Shown in pieces: positions 34,596 to 44,312 of a stretch of 64,000 bases of DNA (position 1 is its first letter; every line of letters begins with the position of its first letter). Where the stretch lies: the IMG/VR virus record IMGVR_UViG_3300012931_000759, positions 62,001-126,000 of that record; one strand, 5' to 3'. The notes under the pieces are model-generated. The model was not told the origin of the DNA, did not search any database, and saw only the letters and a list, made by a program, of their open reading frames with translations. The position numbers and the translations under genes were made by a program.

Positions 34596-35126
34596 GTGGC
34601 TGTTCATTGGATTGTTCTCCTCGTGGCCATTTTCCCGTTCTGGCTCCTACAAAATGTCATCCACGAGTTGGCGCACGGCCTCGCTCTGCGTGTCGGATGG
34701 GGTTGGTGGTTTAGCATATGGCCGTTCCCCTCGACGAAGTTGGGCCGTTTCACGTTCGCGCACGTGGTTTACGAGCCCACGCCGACATCGTCTGTGCCTG
34801 ATAACCGGGGCTGGGCCTTGGTGTCTATCATGCCACGTTTAGTGAACGGCGCCCTCATCCTGGTTGCCGCGCTGCTTTCGGTCCTCCTGACTTCCTGGTC
34901 CATGGATGTGGCTGTCCTGCTAACATTGCTTGCTTTCTACAACCTGATCGATTTCATAGTAGGTATGGTCGGCATTTTCCGTAGTGAGCCCAACCAGGCT
35001 GACATTTGGCGGTATCAATCTTACATGAACGCTGATGTGGGTAAGATGCGCTGGGTTGCGGCCGCGACTATCTTGCTGGCCGTTGCCTGCGTGGCTGTGC
35101 CCATTCTGCGTCTTCTTGGGGTGTGA
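34596..35126 (+). CDS. membrane HExxH metalloprotease-like protein
   Basis: IHELAH within a multi-TM protein. Confidence 0.7.
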   Translation: MAVHWIVLLVAIFPFWLLQNVIHELAHGLALRVGWGWWFSIWPFPSTKLGRFTFAHVVYEPTPTSSVPDNRGWALVSIMPRLVNGALILVAALLSVLLTSWSMDVAVLLTLLAFYNLIDFIVGMVGIFRSEPNQADIWRYQSYMNADVGKMRWVAAATILLAVACVAVPILRLLGV

Positions 35127-36223
35127 TTATGGTTGATGTAAAGACGAGATCAAAGGCGCGTGGCGCCATTGTGGGTACGGCAATCGGGGACGCATTTGGT
35201 ATGCCGCTGGAGGGGTTGAGCCCAGCAACCATAGCCGGGAAGTTCGGCGCACCGCGTTCCATGGTTGCGCCGATAGAAGGGACCTGGGCACACAAGACCC
35301 ACAAGCTGCGCCGTGGACAGTGGACCGACGACACCCAACTCATGTTGGCGATTGGCGAGTCCGTGGTGGCCAAGGGCTTCCTGGATTTCGACGACATCGC
35401 CAGACGCCACGTGCTGTGCCTGGACGATCCCCGTGGATGGGGTAGATCCACCCTGACTGGCATCGGTAGGATCAAGACCGGCGTCGACTGGTGGAACTCG
35501 GCCGCGCCGGATGGCGCAGGTAACGGTACTCCGATGAAGATCGCGCCTATTGGAATCCTGCTGGCGCTCGGAAGGATCAAGCGGTTCGAGGCCGTGACAG
35601 CCATCGTCAACATTTCGCGCATGACGCATGGTGATCCGCGTCCGGCGGTCGCCGGAGTCATTCAGGCGGACGCGATCGCCAAGGCGATCATTCACGGGAC
35701 GGACGGCCTCTACTCAGCCATCATGGCCGCCCAGGCCCTCGCTGAAATCATGGAGTTGTCGATGGACGAGCCACACGACGCTTTCCACATCTCGCTATCC
35801 TGGGCTATTAGTAAAGCTGTCGGCATGGTTAAGGAAGGTAGGACGTTGTCGGAGATCAGGGCTGATGTTGGTGCCCAGAGTTTTGTGGTACAATCTTTCC
35901 CCTTTATGTTGGCGGCTGTTCTGAAGTATAGAGACGACCCCGAGGCTTGCCTGATCGAGTTGGCTGCGCAGGGCGGGGACGCCGACACAACCTGCGCCAT
36001 GGCAGGAGCGTTGCTTGGTGCGGCCCACGGGCTGTCCTCGTTTCCGGAGCGCTGGCGCAGGCCACTGGAGGGCTACGGCAGGCTTCTCGCCATGGCCGAT
36101 GGCCTCTGCGAGCTCCTGAAGAGCCCTTCCCTGAATGATGCTACACAGACCGGATCCCATCAGCGTCCCCGCATCATGTTCAAACGGACATCGACCGCCA
36201 CTTCTCCTGGAGTGCCGAAATGA
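35123..36223 (+). CDS. ADP-ribosylglycohydrolase (DraG/ARH family)
   Basis: GTAIGDAFG, WTDDTQ, GNGTPMK, THG, GGDADT. Confidence 0.92.
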   Translation: MIMVDVKTRSKARGAIVGTAIGDAFGMPLEGLSPATIAGKFGAPRSMVAPIEGTWAHKTHKLRRGQWTDDTQLMLAIGESVVAKGFLDFDDIARRHVLCLDDPRGWGRSTLTGIGRIKTGVDWWNSAAPDGAGNGTPMKIAPIGILLALGRIKRFEAVTAIVNISRMTHGDPRPAVAGVIQADAIAKAIIHGTDGLYSAIMAAQALAEIMELSMDEPHDAFHISLSWAISKAVGMVKEGRTLSEIRADVGAQSFVVQSFPFMLAAVLKYRDDPEACLIELAAQGGDADTTCAMAGALLGAAHGLSSFPERWRRPLEGYGRLLAMADGLCELLKSPSLNDATQTGSHQRPRIMFKRTSTATSPGVPK

Positions 36224-36993
36224 TCCTACACCACACACTACAGCTCCGGTCTAAAGGGGAACTTGTTCGCATGGGATTGGACCAGGCCCTCGGGCGCCAT
36301 GTTGAACGTGTTGTCGCCGACGACGAACTTGTCGATTTCTTACACGACTCGATTTGTTTCGCTGAGGGTACGACCCTGCGGGATCTGATGTTGTTGATCC
36401 TCAGGAATAAGAATCTGTTCGAGATTATCACTGCGTGCGATTGCCTAGGCGATTTGGCCTATGAGCTTGGCAAGAAGCCCGAGCTGGTAGATGAGATTGC
36501 GGCGTTGGAAATGTCGTGGAGTGCGACGGTTTCTGCCCTAGGCCAGGTGACTGTCATAGATGACTCGGTGGAGTTCTGCGGGCGCGGCGACGAAGGGCCG
36601 GTAGCGATTGAATTTATAGCCGTGAACTGCCTTGCTGACCTGCCGATTCTGCTAAATGAGGTGTTTAACGTCCGTAATGTTGAGGGGAAGGAGCTGTTTA
36701 CCGCTACCAAGCGGTTCTCGCTGCTAGCGGTAGTACGTGGGGTGCTCAATGAATTGACGTTCCTTGGAACGCCGACCGAACGGGATGAGGTGATGTCGGA
36801 GTTACGTTCGCGGGTCGAGAATTCCGACGCGGAGTGGTGTCTTACGCTTGAGGAGGTGATGGAGGAGTTGGAGCGCCGCTCGGAGTGGCGTATATTTCCT
36901 TGTCGTGTGTGTGGAGCTGATAGCCGGTGTGCCTGCTTTGGAAAGCCCTCCGATCTCTGCCATGACTGCTTTAACCAAATGAGGGAAAACTAA
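36220..36993 (+). CDS. hypothetical protein
   Basis: ATGA-coupled, 257 aa, C-terminal Cys cluster. Confidence 0.65.
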   Translation: MILHHTLQLRSKGELVRMGLDQALGRHVERVVADDELVDFLHDSICFAEGTTLRDLMLLILRNKNLFEIITACDCLGDLAYELGKKPELVDEIAALEMSWSATVSALGQVTVIDDSVEFCGRGDEGPVAIEFIAVNCLADLPILLNEVFNVRNVEGKELFTATKRFSLLAVVRGVLNELTFLGTPTERDEVMSELRSRVENSDAEWCLTLEEVMEELERRSEWRIFPCRVCGADSRCACFGKPSDLCHDCFNQMREN

Positions 36994-36994
36994 C

Positions 36995-37459
36995 ATGTCT
37001 ATACGTAGCCAACTGTCCAACATGCTGAAAGAGGCAATTAGGGCGAACGACGTTCCACGCAAGAACGTAGTCCGCTGTATCCGAGCAAAGGCCGAGGAGT
37101 ATTTATGCGCCAAGAACATTCCGCGCGACACAGACGACGACGCGATCTACACAAAGGTGGTCGAGACGTACAGGAAGGCCATCGCGAATGCGCTGACCGT
37201 CATGGAGAAGAACATCAAGGCGAGAGAGTCAGAACTGGCGGACTCGTATCGATACGAGATCGCGTTTTGCGACGGCCTGTTGCCGAAAGGCAAGGACGAA
37301 TCCGAAGTCCTTCCAATTGTTCAGGCAAAGATCGCGGAGCTGTCGGCCGGCTCGGGGCAGATCGGCAAGGTTGTCGGAGCTGTGATGAAGGAGGGGCACC
37401 AGGGTGTGTCTGCCTCCATGGTGAAGCGCCTTGCGACACAGCTCCTTGCGAAGAAATGA
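36995..37459 (+). CDS. GatB/YqeY domain protein
   Basis: LKEAIRAND..R.I..YEI..LLPK..IGKVVGAVMK. Confidence 0.75.
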   Translation: MSIRSQLSNMLKEAIRANDVPRKNVVRCIRAKAEEYLCAKNIPRDTDDDAIYTKVVETYRKAIANALTVMEKNIKARESELADSYRYEIAFCDGLLPKGKDESEVLPIVQAKIAELSAGSGQIGKVVGAVMKEGHQGVSASMVKRLATQLLAKK

Positions 37460-37860
37460 AACTAACATCTGAAGAGAGAAGGGCCAAGAAGGTCTTCGAT
37501 AAGGCGGTGCGGCACTGGTACCGCACACTTTTGATCGATCCAGTCTGGACCGTCGGCGTAGTGGTTGATGAGGACGCCGAGATGGAGATGGGAGATGCCT
37601 ATGTGGACATTGGCACGTCGGAATACTACATTGCCGACATTCATGTCGCACGCTCCCTTCTGTCCCTGTCCGGAAAGGAGCTGGAGAAGATCGCTTCGAA
37701 CGTCGCCTGCCACGAGCTCCTACATATTGCCACGGCTGACTTCCAGAGGTCGGCGTTGGTTGCGACCGTCGATAACGAGAAGATGCAAGAGGATATGAGG
37801 TACCGATACGAGCAGGTTGTGTCGAAGCTTACAATGGTCCTCGTGGACCTGACCGAGTAG
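37456..37860 (+). CDS. HExxH metallopeptidase-like protein
   Basis: ACHELLH followed by a downstream Glu helix. Confidence 0.6.
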   Translation: MKLTSEERRAKKVFDKAVRHWYRTLLIDPVWTVGVVVDEDAEMEMGDAYVDIGTSEYYIADIHVARSLLSLSGKELEKIASNVACHELLHIATADFQRSALVATVDNEKMQEDMRYRYEQVVSKLTMVLVDLTE

Positions 37861-37871
37861 GGGAAAAGACC

Positions 37872-38489
37872 ATGGGCGATCTGAGGGAAAGGATCCTGGA
37901 TCTACAGAGGAAATGCTACGAGTGCCGGAAGTGCCAGCTGGGGACGAGGATGGTCGAAGGTCTTGATCCGCACGTGTTCGCATCCGGAAAACCCGATGCG
38001 GACGTGATGTTTGTCGGAGAATCGCCCGGCAAGACTGAAACCGAGCGGCACGCGCCGCTAGTCGGGGCGGCAGGGCAGTTTTTCGAGGCGAACATATTGG
38101 TTCCAGCCGGACTGTCCAGGCAGAGCGTATACATTACCAACTCGGTGCTGTGTCGTCCCAATGAGAAGAATAGGACGCCTTTCTTCGGGGAGATTGAGGA
38201 GTGTCGCGAGCATCTGGACGCGCAGGTCCTGCTGGTGTCGCCCAAGCTCATCGTGGTTCTTGGGAACGCCCCGTTGTTCGGAGTGTGCGACGAGCAGGGG
38301 ATTACAAAGAAACGCGGGGAGCTGCGCTGGTCTCGTACATGGTCCGACGGGCGAAAGTTTCCCGTGCTGCCGATGTTCCATCCGGCCTATTGCCTGCGCG
38401 GATCCGGCCTTGCCGAAATGAGGCAGGATGTACAATTGCTTGCTGATCTGGCTGCGGATATCGCGGCAGGGAAAGAGATCATGGCATGA
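37872..38489 (+). CDS. uracil-DNA glycosylase family 4 (Fe-S)
   Basis: CRKCQL, VGESPG, VGAAG, YITNSVLCRP, FHPAY. Confidence 0.92.
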   Translation: MGDLRERILDLQRKCYECRKCQLGTRMVEGLDPHVFASGKPDADVMFVGESPGKTETERHAPLVGAAGQFFEANILVPAGLSRQSVYITNSVLCRPNEKNRTPFFGEIEECREHLDAQVLLVSPKLIVVLGNAPLFGVCDEQGITKKRGELRWSRTWSDGRKFPVLPMFHPAYCLRGSGLAEMRQDVQLLADLAADIAAGKEIMA

Positions 38490-39196
38490 CGAGAGTATTG
38501 GCCGTAGGTGACCTCCATGGACGTCTTGGGATGCTGGAGACCTTGATCCTGGAGCATCAGGATGTCGATTTTGTGCTCCAGGTGGGGGATTTTGGGGCAT
38601 ACCGGGACGATGGTGTATGTTGCGGCATTCCTCCTGGGCGGAGGTATCGCAGCGAGTTTCCGGCCTACGCGGATGGGGTGCTCGGCTTTGCGAGACCCGT
38701 CTTTTTCGTAAAGGGAAATCACGAGCATTTTGGGTTGCTCGATGATGCGACTGCCAAGGCGGCTGACAGGACCGGTCCCGTGCCAATCGCTGACAACCTG
38801 TATTATGTTCCTAATGGACGCGTGGTAATGATATACGGCGTGACGGTAGCTGGGCTTGGAGGGAACTACTCGGCGGTGTGCCACAGGAAGCCGCGTGGCG
38901 GCCTGCGGCGCAGACATTTCAGCGAGGCCGAGATTCAAGCCATCCTTCGCCATCCGGGCAAGGTCGATATCCTACTCACGCACGATGTGGGCGAGGGTAT
39001 GATTCCGGGTTTTAGGAGTTTGAGCCAAGAACTACTTGACCTCGGCAGGAGACTACGTCCAACATGGTGGATCCATGGGCATTTCCATTGCCACCACGAG
39101 GCCGATCTGGGGTTCACAAGGGTTGTCGGCCTGGACGCGGTCCATGGACAGGAAATTTCTTCAAAAATCATTGACATTGAGCCTTCCGGAAGATAA
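38486..39196 (+). CDS. metallophosphoesterase
   Basis: GDLHG, VGDFG, GNHE, LLTHD, HGHFH. Confidence 0.9.
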   Translation: MTRVLAVGDLHGRLGMLETLILEHQDVDFVLQVGDFGAYRDDGVCCGIPPGRRYRSEFPAYADGVLGFARPVFFVKGNHEHFGLLDDATAKAADRTGPVPIADNLYYVPNGRVVMIYGVTVAGLGGNYSAVCHRKPRGGLRRRHFSEAEIQAILRHPGKVDILLTHDVGEGMIPGFRSLSQELLDLGRRLRPTWWIHGHFHCHHEADLGFTRVVGLDAVHGQEISSKIIDIEPSGR

Positions 39197-39221
39197 GTGG
39201 AAACTAGGGGAGGTGCCGCTT

Positions 39222-40076
39222 ATGGTTCGAACCACAATGTGTGGACATGTACCACACTATTCCGGAGGCATGTGCCGCAATTGTTACGAACGTGATCTGC
39301 GGCGGCGTAACCCCGAGTTCGCTGAACGGCAAAGAGAGAACTGCCGAGGCTGGTCCGAAGAGAATCGCGAAAGGAAACGGCGTGTCGACAACGAGTATCA
39401 CAAGAATATACCATATGAGCAGAGGCGCGCATACGCCTTGATGTCTCGTTTCGGGATCACTTTGGATGATTACAGCGCGATGCTGACCAAACAGGGTGAA
39501 CGATGCGCTATCTGCGGAGTGCCTCAAAGCGAACTGAAACATCCCCTGTATGTGGATCATTGCCATCTCACGGGCCGAATCAGGGGTTTGCTTTGTAGAG
39601 CATGTAATCTGGGAGTTGGTTTCTGGGATAAAGTTTATCCGGTTACAATTAACAGAGCAGAAACCTATCTGGCTGATCAGGATGGATACGGTCTGCTGGA
39701 ACCTCACTATCAGAAAGGTTGTGCGACCGGCTGTAAAAAAGGTTCTTACGCAAACCGCCGCGTTCGGAATCTTCGGTACTGTTTCGGCATTGATGCCCAA
39801 GATTATGATCTGATGGCAACAAAACAAAATAACTGTTGCGCTATTTGTGGCAAATCACAAACTGACGAAGGCCGTCCTTTGTGTGTTGATCATGATCATC
39901 TAACGGGCGCAATTAGGGGTCTATTATGCCAGAAATGTAATATTGGCATAGTTTTTTTGGAACGAGAGCCGAATTGCCTAGCGAAGGTAGTTGCCTATCT
40001 GGGTGATCAATGTGGTTTTGGAATGCCAGTGATTGTGTATAAGAACCGAAAAGAATTCTTTCGCTGGGGAAAATAG
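39222..40076 (+). CDS. endonuclease VII-type homing endonuclease with a duplicated domain
   Basis: two copies of Q..CAICG..VDH.HLTG.IRGLLC..CN.G. Confidence 0.88.
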   Translation: MVRTTMCGHVPHYSGGMCRNCYERDLRRRNPEFAERQRENCRGWSEENRERKRRVDNEYHKNIPYEQRRAYALMSRFGITLDDYSAMLTKQGERCAICGVPQSELKHPLYVDHCHLTGRIRGLLCRACNLGVGFWDKVYPVTINRAETYLADQDGYGLLEPHYQKGCATGCKKGSYANRRVRNLRYCFGIDAQDYDLMATKQNNCCAICGKSQTDEGRPLCVDHDHLTGAIRGLLCQKCNIGIVFLEREPNCLAKVVAYLGDQCGFGMPVIVYKNRKEFFRWGK

Positions 40077-40087
40077 GAAAGGCGATT

Positions 40088-40474
40088 GTGATGGACTATG
40101 AGACCAAAGAAACTGTCGAAAAAGAGAAGTTTGCGACCGGAGCGCAAAGAAATGACCCTAACGGAAAAGGCAGATATGTGCTTGTGAGCCCAATGGCGCT
40201 GAGAAGACTCGCTGGCGTGTACGAGCGCGGAAGTTTGACACATGGGATCCGGAATTGGGAACGCGGACTTCCCATCAGCCGCTGTCTTGACAGCGCAATC
40301 AGGCATATCTACCAGTATATCGAGGGCATGCGCGACGAGGACCACCTAGCCCAAGCAGCCTGGAATCTGTGTGCCGCCATCCACATGGAGGAGATGGTCG
40401 AACGGGGTCGGCTGCCGCAGGAACTCAACGACATGCCGAACTATCTGCCAGAAGAGTCGGAGAAGCACGAATGA
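40088..40474 (+). CDS. dATP/dGTP diphosphohydrolase-like protein (DUF5664)
   Basis: FATGAQR..GKGRY, RNWERG, DSAIRH, DEDHLAQAAWN. Confidence 0.85.
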   Translation: MMDYETKETVEKEKFATGAQRNDPNGKGRYVLVSPMALRRLAGVYERGSLTHGIRNWERGLPISRCLDSAIRHIYQYIEGMRDEDHLAQAAWNLCAAIHMEEMVERGRLPQELNDMPNYLPEESEKHE

Positions 40475-40713
40475 TCCACTCGTCTTCCCTCAACATCCAG
40501 GCACTCAAAAAGAAACTGGCGGCAGGCAGCTCCGTTTTTCATGTGCCACGGCAACGGGCCGCCACCATCGTCTCCATAGCCCAAATGGGCACTGGTTTTC
40601 AGATGGTTACTTTCGCCATCGGCGGCGAGCAATCGCAAGTGCTGCTTGATCCGGGGGGCCGAGCCACCGATGGTGGCGACTTCCCGTTCTGGGAAGTGGA
40701 CAACGGATTGTAG
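40471..40713 (+). CDS. hypothetical protein
   Basis: ATGA-coupled. Confidence 0.5.
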   Translation: MIHSSSLNIQALKKKLAAGSSVFHVPRQRAATIVSIAQMGTGFQMVTFAIGGEQSQVLLDPGGRATDGGDFPFWEVDNGL

Positions 40714-40720
40714 GTGCCAC

Positions 40721-41122
40721 ATGAAGTATGTCCAGTACATCATTGTCCGGAAGGACTTGGTGCCCATCATGGGTGTCGGCAAGACGGCCGCGCAGGTGGC
40801 GCACGCGTCCCTTGGGGCCGTCCTGGACAGGGGCCAGCTGCTCGACACGCCCGAGGTCAGGGGCTGGCTGGCCGGGCCCTTCACCAAGCTCGTGGTGTAC
40901 GTGAAAACTAAGCAAAAACTTCTCAACCTGGTCGATAAGTTGACCGAGTTGGGCATACGCACCAAGCCGATCTACGACGCGTGTCGGACCAAACTGGATC
41001 CGGAGGAGCTGGATGGATCGACCTTGACATGCGTGGGCGTTGCGCCCATACTTGCCGATGAGACGCCGAAGTGCCTCAGGACGCTTCGGCTGTTGGAGGG
41101 TGACGATGGCGGAGACGACTAG
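40721..41122 (+). CDS. peptidyl-tRNA hydrolase Pth2 family
   Basis: YIIVRKDL..MGVGKTAAQVAHA, KLVV, DACRT, TCVGVAP. Confidence 0.9.
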   Translation: MKYVQYIIVRKDLVPIMGVGKTAAQVAHASLGAVLDRGQLLDTPEVRGWLAGPFTKLVVYVKTKQKLLNLVDKLTELGIRTKPIYDACRTKLDPEELDGSTLTCVGVAPILADETPKCLRTLRLLEGDDGGDD

Positions 41123-41765
41123 ACCTACATGGGATCAGACTTTCTTGACTTTGGCGAAGGAGACGGCCAAGAGATCCAAGGATCCGTCGACAAAGGTGGG
41201 CGCCGTGATCGTCGGCCCCGACAATGAAGTGAGGTCGTTGGGATACAACTGCTTCCCGCGCGGCGTGGATGACGACGCGCCTGGAAGGCTCGATAGACCT
41301 CTCAAGTATAAGTGGTTGGAGCACGCCGAGCGTAATGCCGTCTACAACGCGGCTCGCGTCGGCATCCCTCTCAAGGGATGTTCGATATATGTGTCGTGGC
41401 TGCCGTGCTCGGACTGCTCTAGGGCCATCATTCAGTCGGGCCTAACGGAGTTGGTGGTGGAGGATCTGTCAGTTCCAGAACGTTGGCGCGCCGATTTCCT
41501 GGTGTCGATGACCATGCTGCGCGAAGCTAAGATACATCTCCGCCAGCCGGATTCGAAAACTGAGATAGCGCCGTTCGATGTGTTGTGGAAGGGGAGGTTT
41601 GTACGACTACCGGACGGGATGGTTTCGGTGGTCGAGTGGGTGAATTTCTACGACGCGCGCCATCTAAACGTCGCAGTGAAGGATAGCGGGGAGAAGTATG
41701 GTTTGCGCACCTATTCAATGACCATCGAGGAGATGGAAACCTCGTTGGTGAAAAGCGATGGATAG
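41106..41765 (+). CDS. dCMP deaminase family protein
   Basis: RSKDPSTKVGAVI, GYN, HAERNA, PCSDC. Confidence 0.92.
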   Translation: MAETTRPTWDQTFLTLAKETAKRSKDPSTKVGAVIVGPDNEVRSLGYNCFPRGVDDDAPGRLDRPLKYKWLEHAERNAVYNAARVGIPLKGCSIYVSWLPCSDCSRAIIQSGLTELVVEDLSVPERWRADFLVSMTMLREAKIHLRQPDSKTEIAPFDVLWKGRFVRLPDGMVSVVEWVNFYDARHLNVAVKDSGEKYGLRTYSMTIEEMETSLVKSDG

Positions 41766-41770
41766 GATCT

Positions 41771-42097
41771 ATGAGGGTAATCCTTGTTCTCGGATGCTGG
41801 GGGCGGAAACACGGAGAGTTCCAGATGTGCCGCAGTGTTGAGAACGAAATCCTCGACCTGACCGATGGAGGCGAGATGCGGGTCGCCGTTGTGAACCATC
41901 TGGATAGTGTATACCATCTGTTCGACAAACCACTGTACAGTAATGTCCACACGGCGCTTTACAGTCTTCAGGATAAGCTGGCTAAGGACGGAAGAACGGT
42001 TTTCCAGGCGGACCAATACCGGCTTCTGGAGGCCTTCTGTATCATACATGCGAAGTGCGGACTATTCCTGCGCCTGAAACTCGAGGAGGGAAAATGA
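41771..42097 (+). CDS. hypothetical protein
   Basis: AGGA RBS, packed. Confidence 0.55.
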   Translation: MRVILVLGCWGRKHGEFQMCRSVENEILDLTDGGEMRVAVVNHLDSVYHLFDKPLYSNVHTALYSLQDKLAKDGRTVFQADQYRLLEAFCIIHAKCGLFLRLKLEEGK

Positions 42098-42585
42098 CGC
42101 GCCGAAAAAAGAGAATAGCCTATCTGGCCGGCGCTATAGACCGGGTTGCTGATCGAGGAATCGTATGGCGCAAAGCCTATGCCGTAGCCTTGGCTAAGAT
42201 CGGCGTGGACACGGTCATCCCGAACGATTTTGAGGAACAGAGGCTGACGCCCATGCGGATCAATGAGCTGAAGGCCCAGGAGGACCTCGGCGAGTTCAAG
42301 CGGGTGTTCAGGAAATACATTATCATGCCGGACCTCGTGGCCGTAGAGGCCTGCGACATGATTGTGGTAAGGTGGGACGGGGAGTCGATCGCCGGCACGG
42401 CGCATGAGTGCGGGGATGCTTTCCTACGTGGCCAGCAGGTCCTGCTCGTGACGCCACGGCCGTTTATTGAGGTTCCGCACTGGATCTTGGCGTGCGTCAA
42501 CAAGGAATTCCACACCCTGGAGGAGTTGGTCGAATACCTGTCTAAGGCCCGATGCCCCAGGAGATCGAGAAAGGTGAAGGAATGA
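42094..42585 (+). CDS. nucleoside 2-deoxyribosyltransferase-like protein
   Basis: YLAGAID, WR, DL..V..CD, GTAHE. Confidence 0.8.
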   Translation: MTRRKKRIAYLAGAIDRVADRGIVWRKAYAVALAKIGVDTVIPNDFEEQRLTPMRINELKAQEDLGEFKRVFRKYIIMPDLVAVEACDMIVVRWDGESIAGTAHECGDAFLRGQQVLLVTPRPFIEVPHWILACVNKEFHTLEELVEYLSKARCPRRSRKVKE

Positions 42586-43103
42586 AACCTCTTTTCATCG
42601 TGGATATCGACGGGACAGTGTGCGATAGCGTTGGTTTCGTCGGGAGGTTGAGTATCAGGTTCCGCACGCACGTCGATTATTGGGACGACCGCCAGGTCAG
42701 GATCTTCATGGAAGAGGTGTCCAAGCGGCGCGTGCTTCCTGGGGCAGAAGTGTTGAGGGTACTGATGATACAGGGGATTTGCGACGTGATCTTTCTGACC
42801 GGCCGGTCCGAGAGGATTGGCAAGGCGCAGAAGCTGGGTCGCAGGCTTACGACGTCGTGGCTTCACAGCAAATTTGGCATGCCGAGGGACATCCCGCTCA
42901 TCATGCGTCCTCCCGGCGACATGAGGGCTCCAAGCGTCATCAAGTGTGACGTATTCGAGCACCAGGTGCTACCATACCACAGAGATAGATCGTTTGTCTT
43001 CCTGGATGACGACACGAAGGCTCTGGCCTTGTATTCGAAGCATGGGCTGACACTGAAATCCCCGGAATGCTGGGCAGCCCTGTCGCATTTCCTTCCAGAA
43101 TGA
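42582..43103 (+). CDS. HAD phosphatase (PNKP 3'-phosphatase-like)
   Basis: VDIDGT, LTGRSE, LIMRP.GD.R..K, FLDD. Confidence 0.85.
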   Translation: MKPLFIVDIDGTVCDSVGFVGRLSIRFRTHVDYWDDRQVRIFMEEVSKRRVLPGAEVLRVLMIQGICDVIFLTGRSERIGKAQKLGRRLTTSWLHSKFGMPRDIPLIMRPPGDMRAPSVIKCDVFEHQVLPYHRDRSFVFLDDDTKALALYSKHGLTLKSPECWAALSHFLPE

Positions 43104-43143
43104 TACCAATATTCTGGCATATGGGAAGGCCCGGAGGTGCGCG

Positions 43144-43374
43144 ATGCGGAAACATGCCGAATTTCTGGTTGCTCTCGCCGACCAGTTGGACCTGGAGGAC
43201 AAGCGCGAGCTTGCCGATGTCGTTGACAAGGATTTCGAGGAATTCCTGGAGCTTCTTGAGAATGGCGAACTGGATTTCGATCCGTTCCTATCAGGCGGTC
43301 AGCGCGACCCGCGCTTGCCATACAACGGCCGTGGAACCGAGGTGTTTACCTTCGGGGTGCCGGGTCCACAGTAA
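43144..43374 (+). CDS. small acidic hypothetical protein
   Basis: GGAGG RBS. Confidence 0.55.
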   Translation: MRKHAEFLVALADQLDLEDKRELADVVDKDFEEFLELLENGELDFDPFLSGGQRDPRLPYNGRGTEVFTFGVPGPQ

Positions 43375-43389
43375 GTTCCGAAAGAACCC

Positions 43390-44130
43390 ATGAAAATATG
43401 CGGAGTTGACGAAGTTGGCTGTTCGGCTATCGCCGGACCGGTCGTGGCGTGCGCAGCCCTGATCGACACGTCCGTTTCCTACATTGATGGTGTGGACGAC
43501 TCGAAGAAGTTGGATCGCCCTGAGCGCGAGAGGCTGGCCCCACTGATCGGCGAGAGGGCCGCCTTCGCCTTCGGGGCTGCCGGTCCGCGGCGGATCGAGA
43601 CGGCCAACATCTACTGGTCGCGCTACATGGCAATGTCGATCGCGGTCCGGAAGCTTCTGCGGCGCGGACTGCGCATCGACTTAGTCCTGGTCGACGGCCT
43701 GCGTGTTGTTCCTGATCTGCCGGACGGCATCAGGCAGGAAGCCAAACCGAAAGCCGACGCCAACTTCTGGGAGGTTGCTTGCGCCTCAATCCTGGCCAAG
43801 GTGTTGCGCGACAACCTGATGTCCTCACTTGCCGACAGACATCCGCATTACGGCTGGTCAACGAACGCCGGATATTACACCCCGGAACACAGGTGGGGAA
43901 TAGCCCTCCATGGTCCGACGCCGCACCATCGGAGGACCTTCAAGCTGTTCCAGTACAGCGAAGCCTCCCACAAACGGTACAGGGGATTCATCGCGAACGG
44001 CGGCACGCCAGAGGAGTTCATTCCGTGGGAGAAGGCGCGGTTGCCGCTCGCAACGGACACGGAGTGCGCCGAGATGCGCCGCGAACTGATCCGCGCTGGC
44101 AGGATCATGCCTGCCAAGGAGCACAAATGA
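43390..44130 (+). CDS. rnhB: ribonuclease HII
   Basis: GVDEVG..AGPVVA, DSKKL, LVDG, KAD..ASILAKV.RD, HRRTF. Confidence 0.92.
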   Translation: MKICGVDEVGCSAIAGPVVACAALIDTSVSYIDGVDDSKKLDRPERERLAPLIGERAAFAFGAAGPRRIETANIYWSRYMAMSIAVRKLLRRGLRIDLVLVDGLRVVPDLPDGIRQEAKPKADANFWEVACASILAKVLRDNLMSSLADRHPHYGWSTNAGYYTPEHRWGIALHGPTPHHRRTFKLFQYSEASHKRYRGFIANGGTPEEFIPWEKARLPLATDTECAEMRRELIRAGRIMPAKEHK

Positions 44131-44312
44131 GCGAAGGCGGATGTCCAATATGCGGAGGGAAGCGCGGTCCGCTTGGCGAGAACAAGTTCTTCCCCTTCTG
44201 CTGTGACCGCTGTAAACTGGTCGACCTCGGCCGCTGGCTCGGCGAGGAGTATTTCATCCCGGAGGACGAGACTCCTTCGGTTCCCGACGACGAAAAGGTA
44301 GCGGACGCATGA
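44127..44312 (+). CDS. yacG: DNA gyrase inhibitor YacG
   Basis: CPICG..FPFCCDRCKLVDLGRWLGEEYFIP with acidic tail; AAGGAG RBS. Confidence 0.88.
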   Translation: MSEGGCPICGGKRGPLGENKFFPFCCDRCKLVDLGRWLGEEYFIPEDETPSVPDDEKVADA

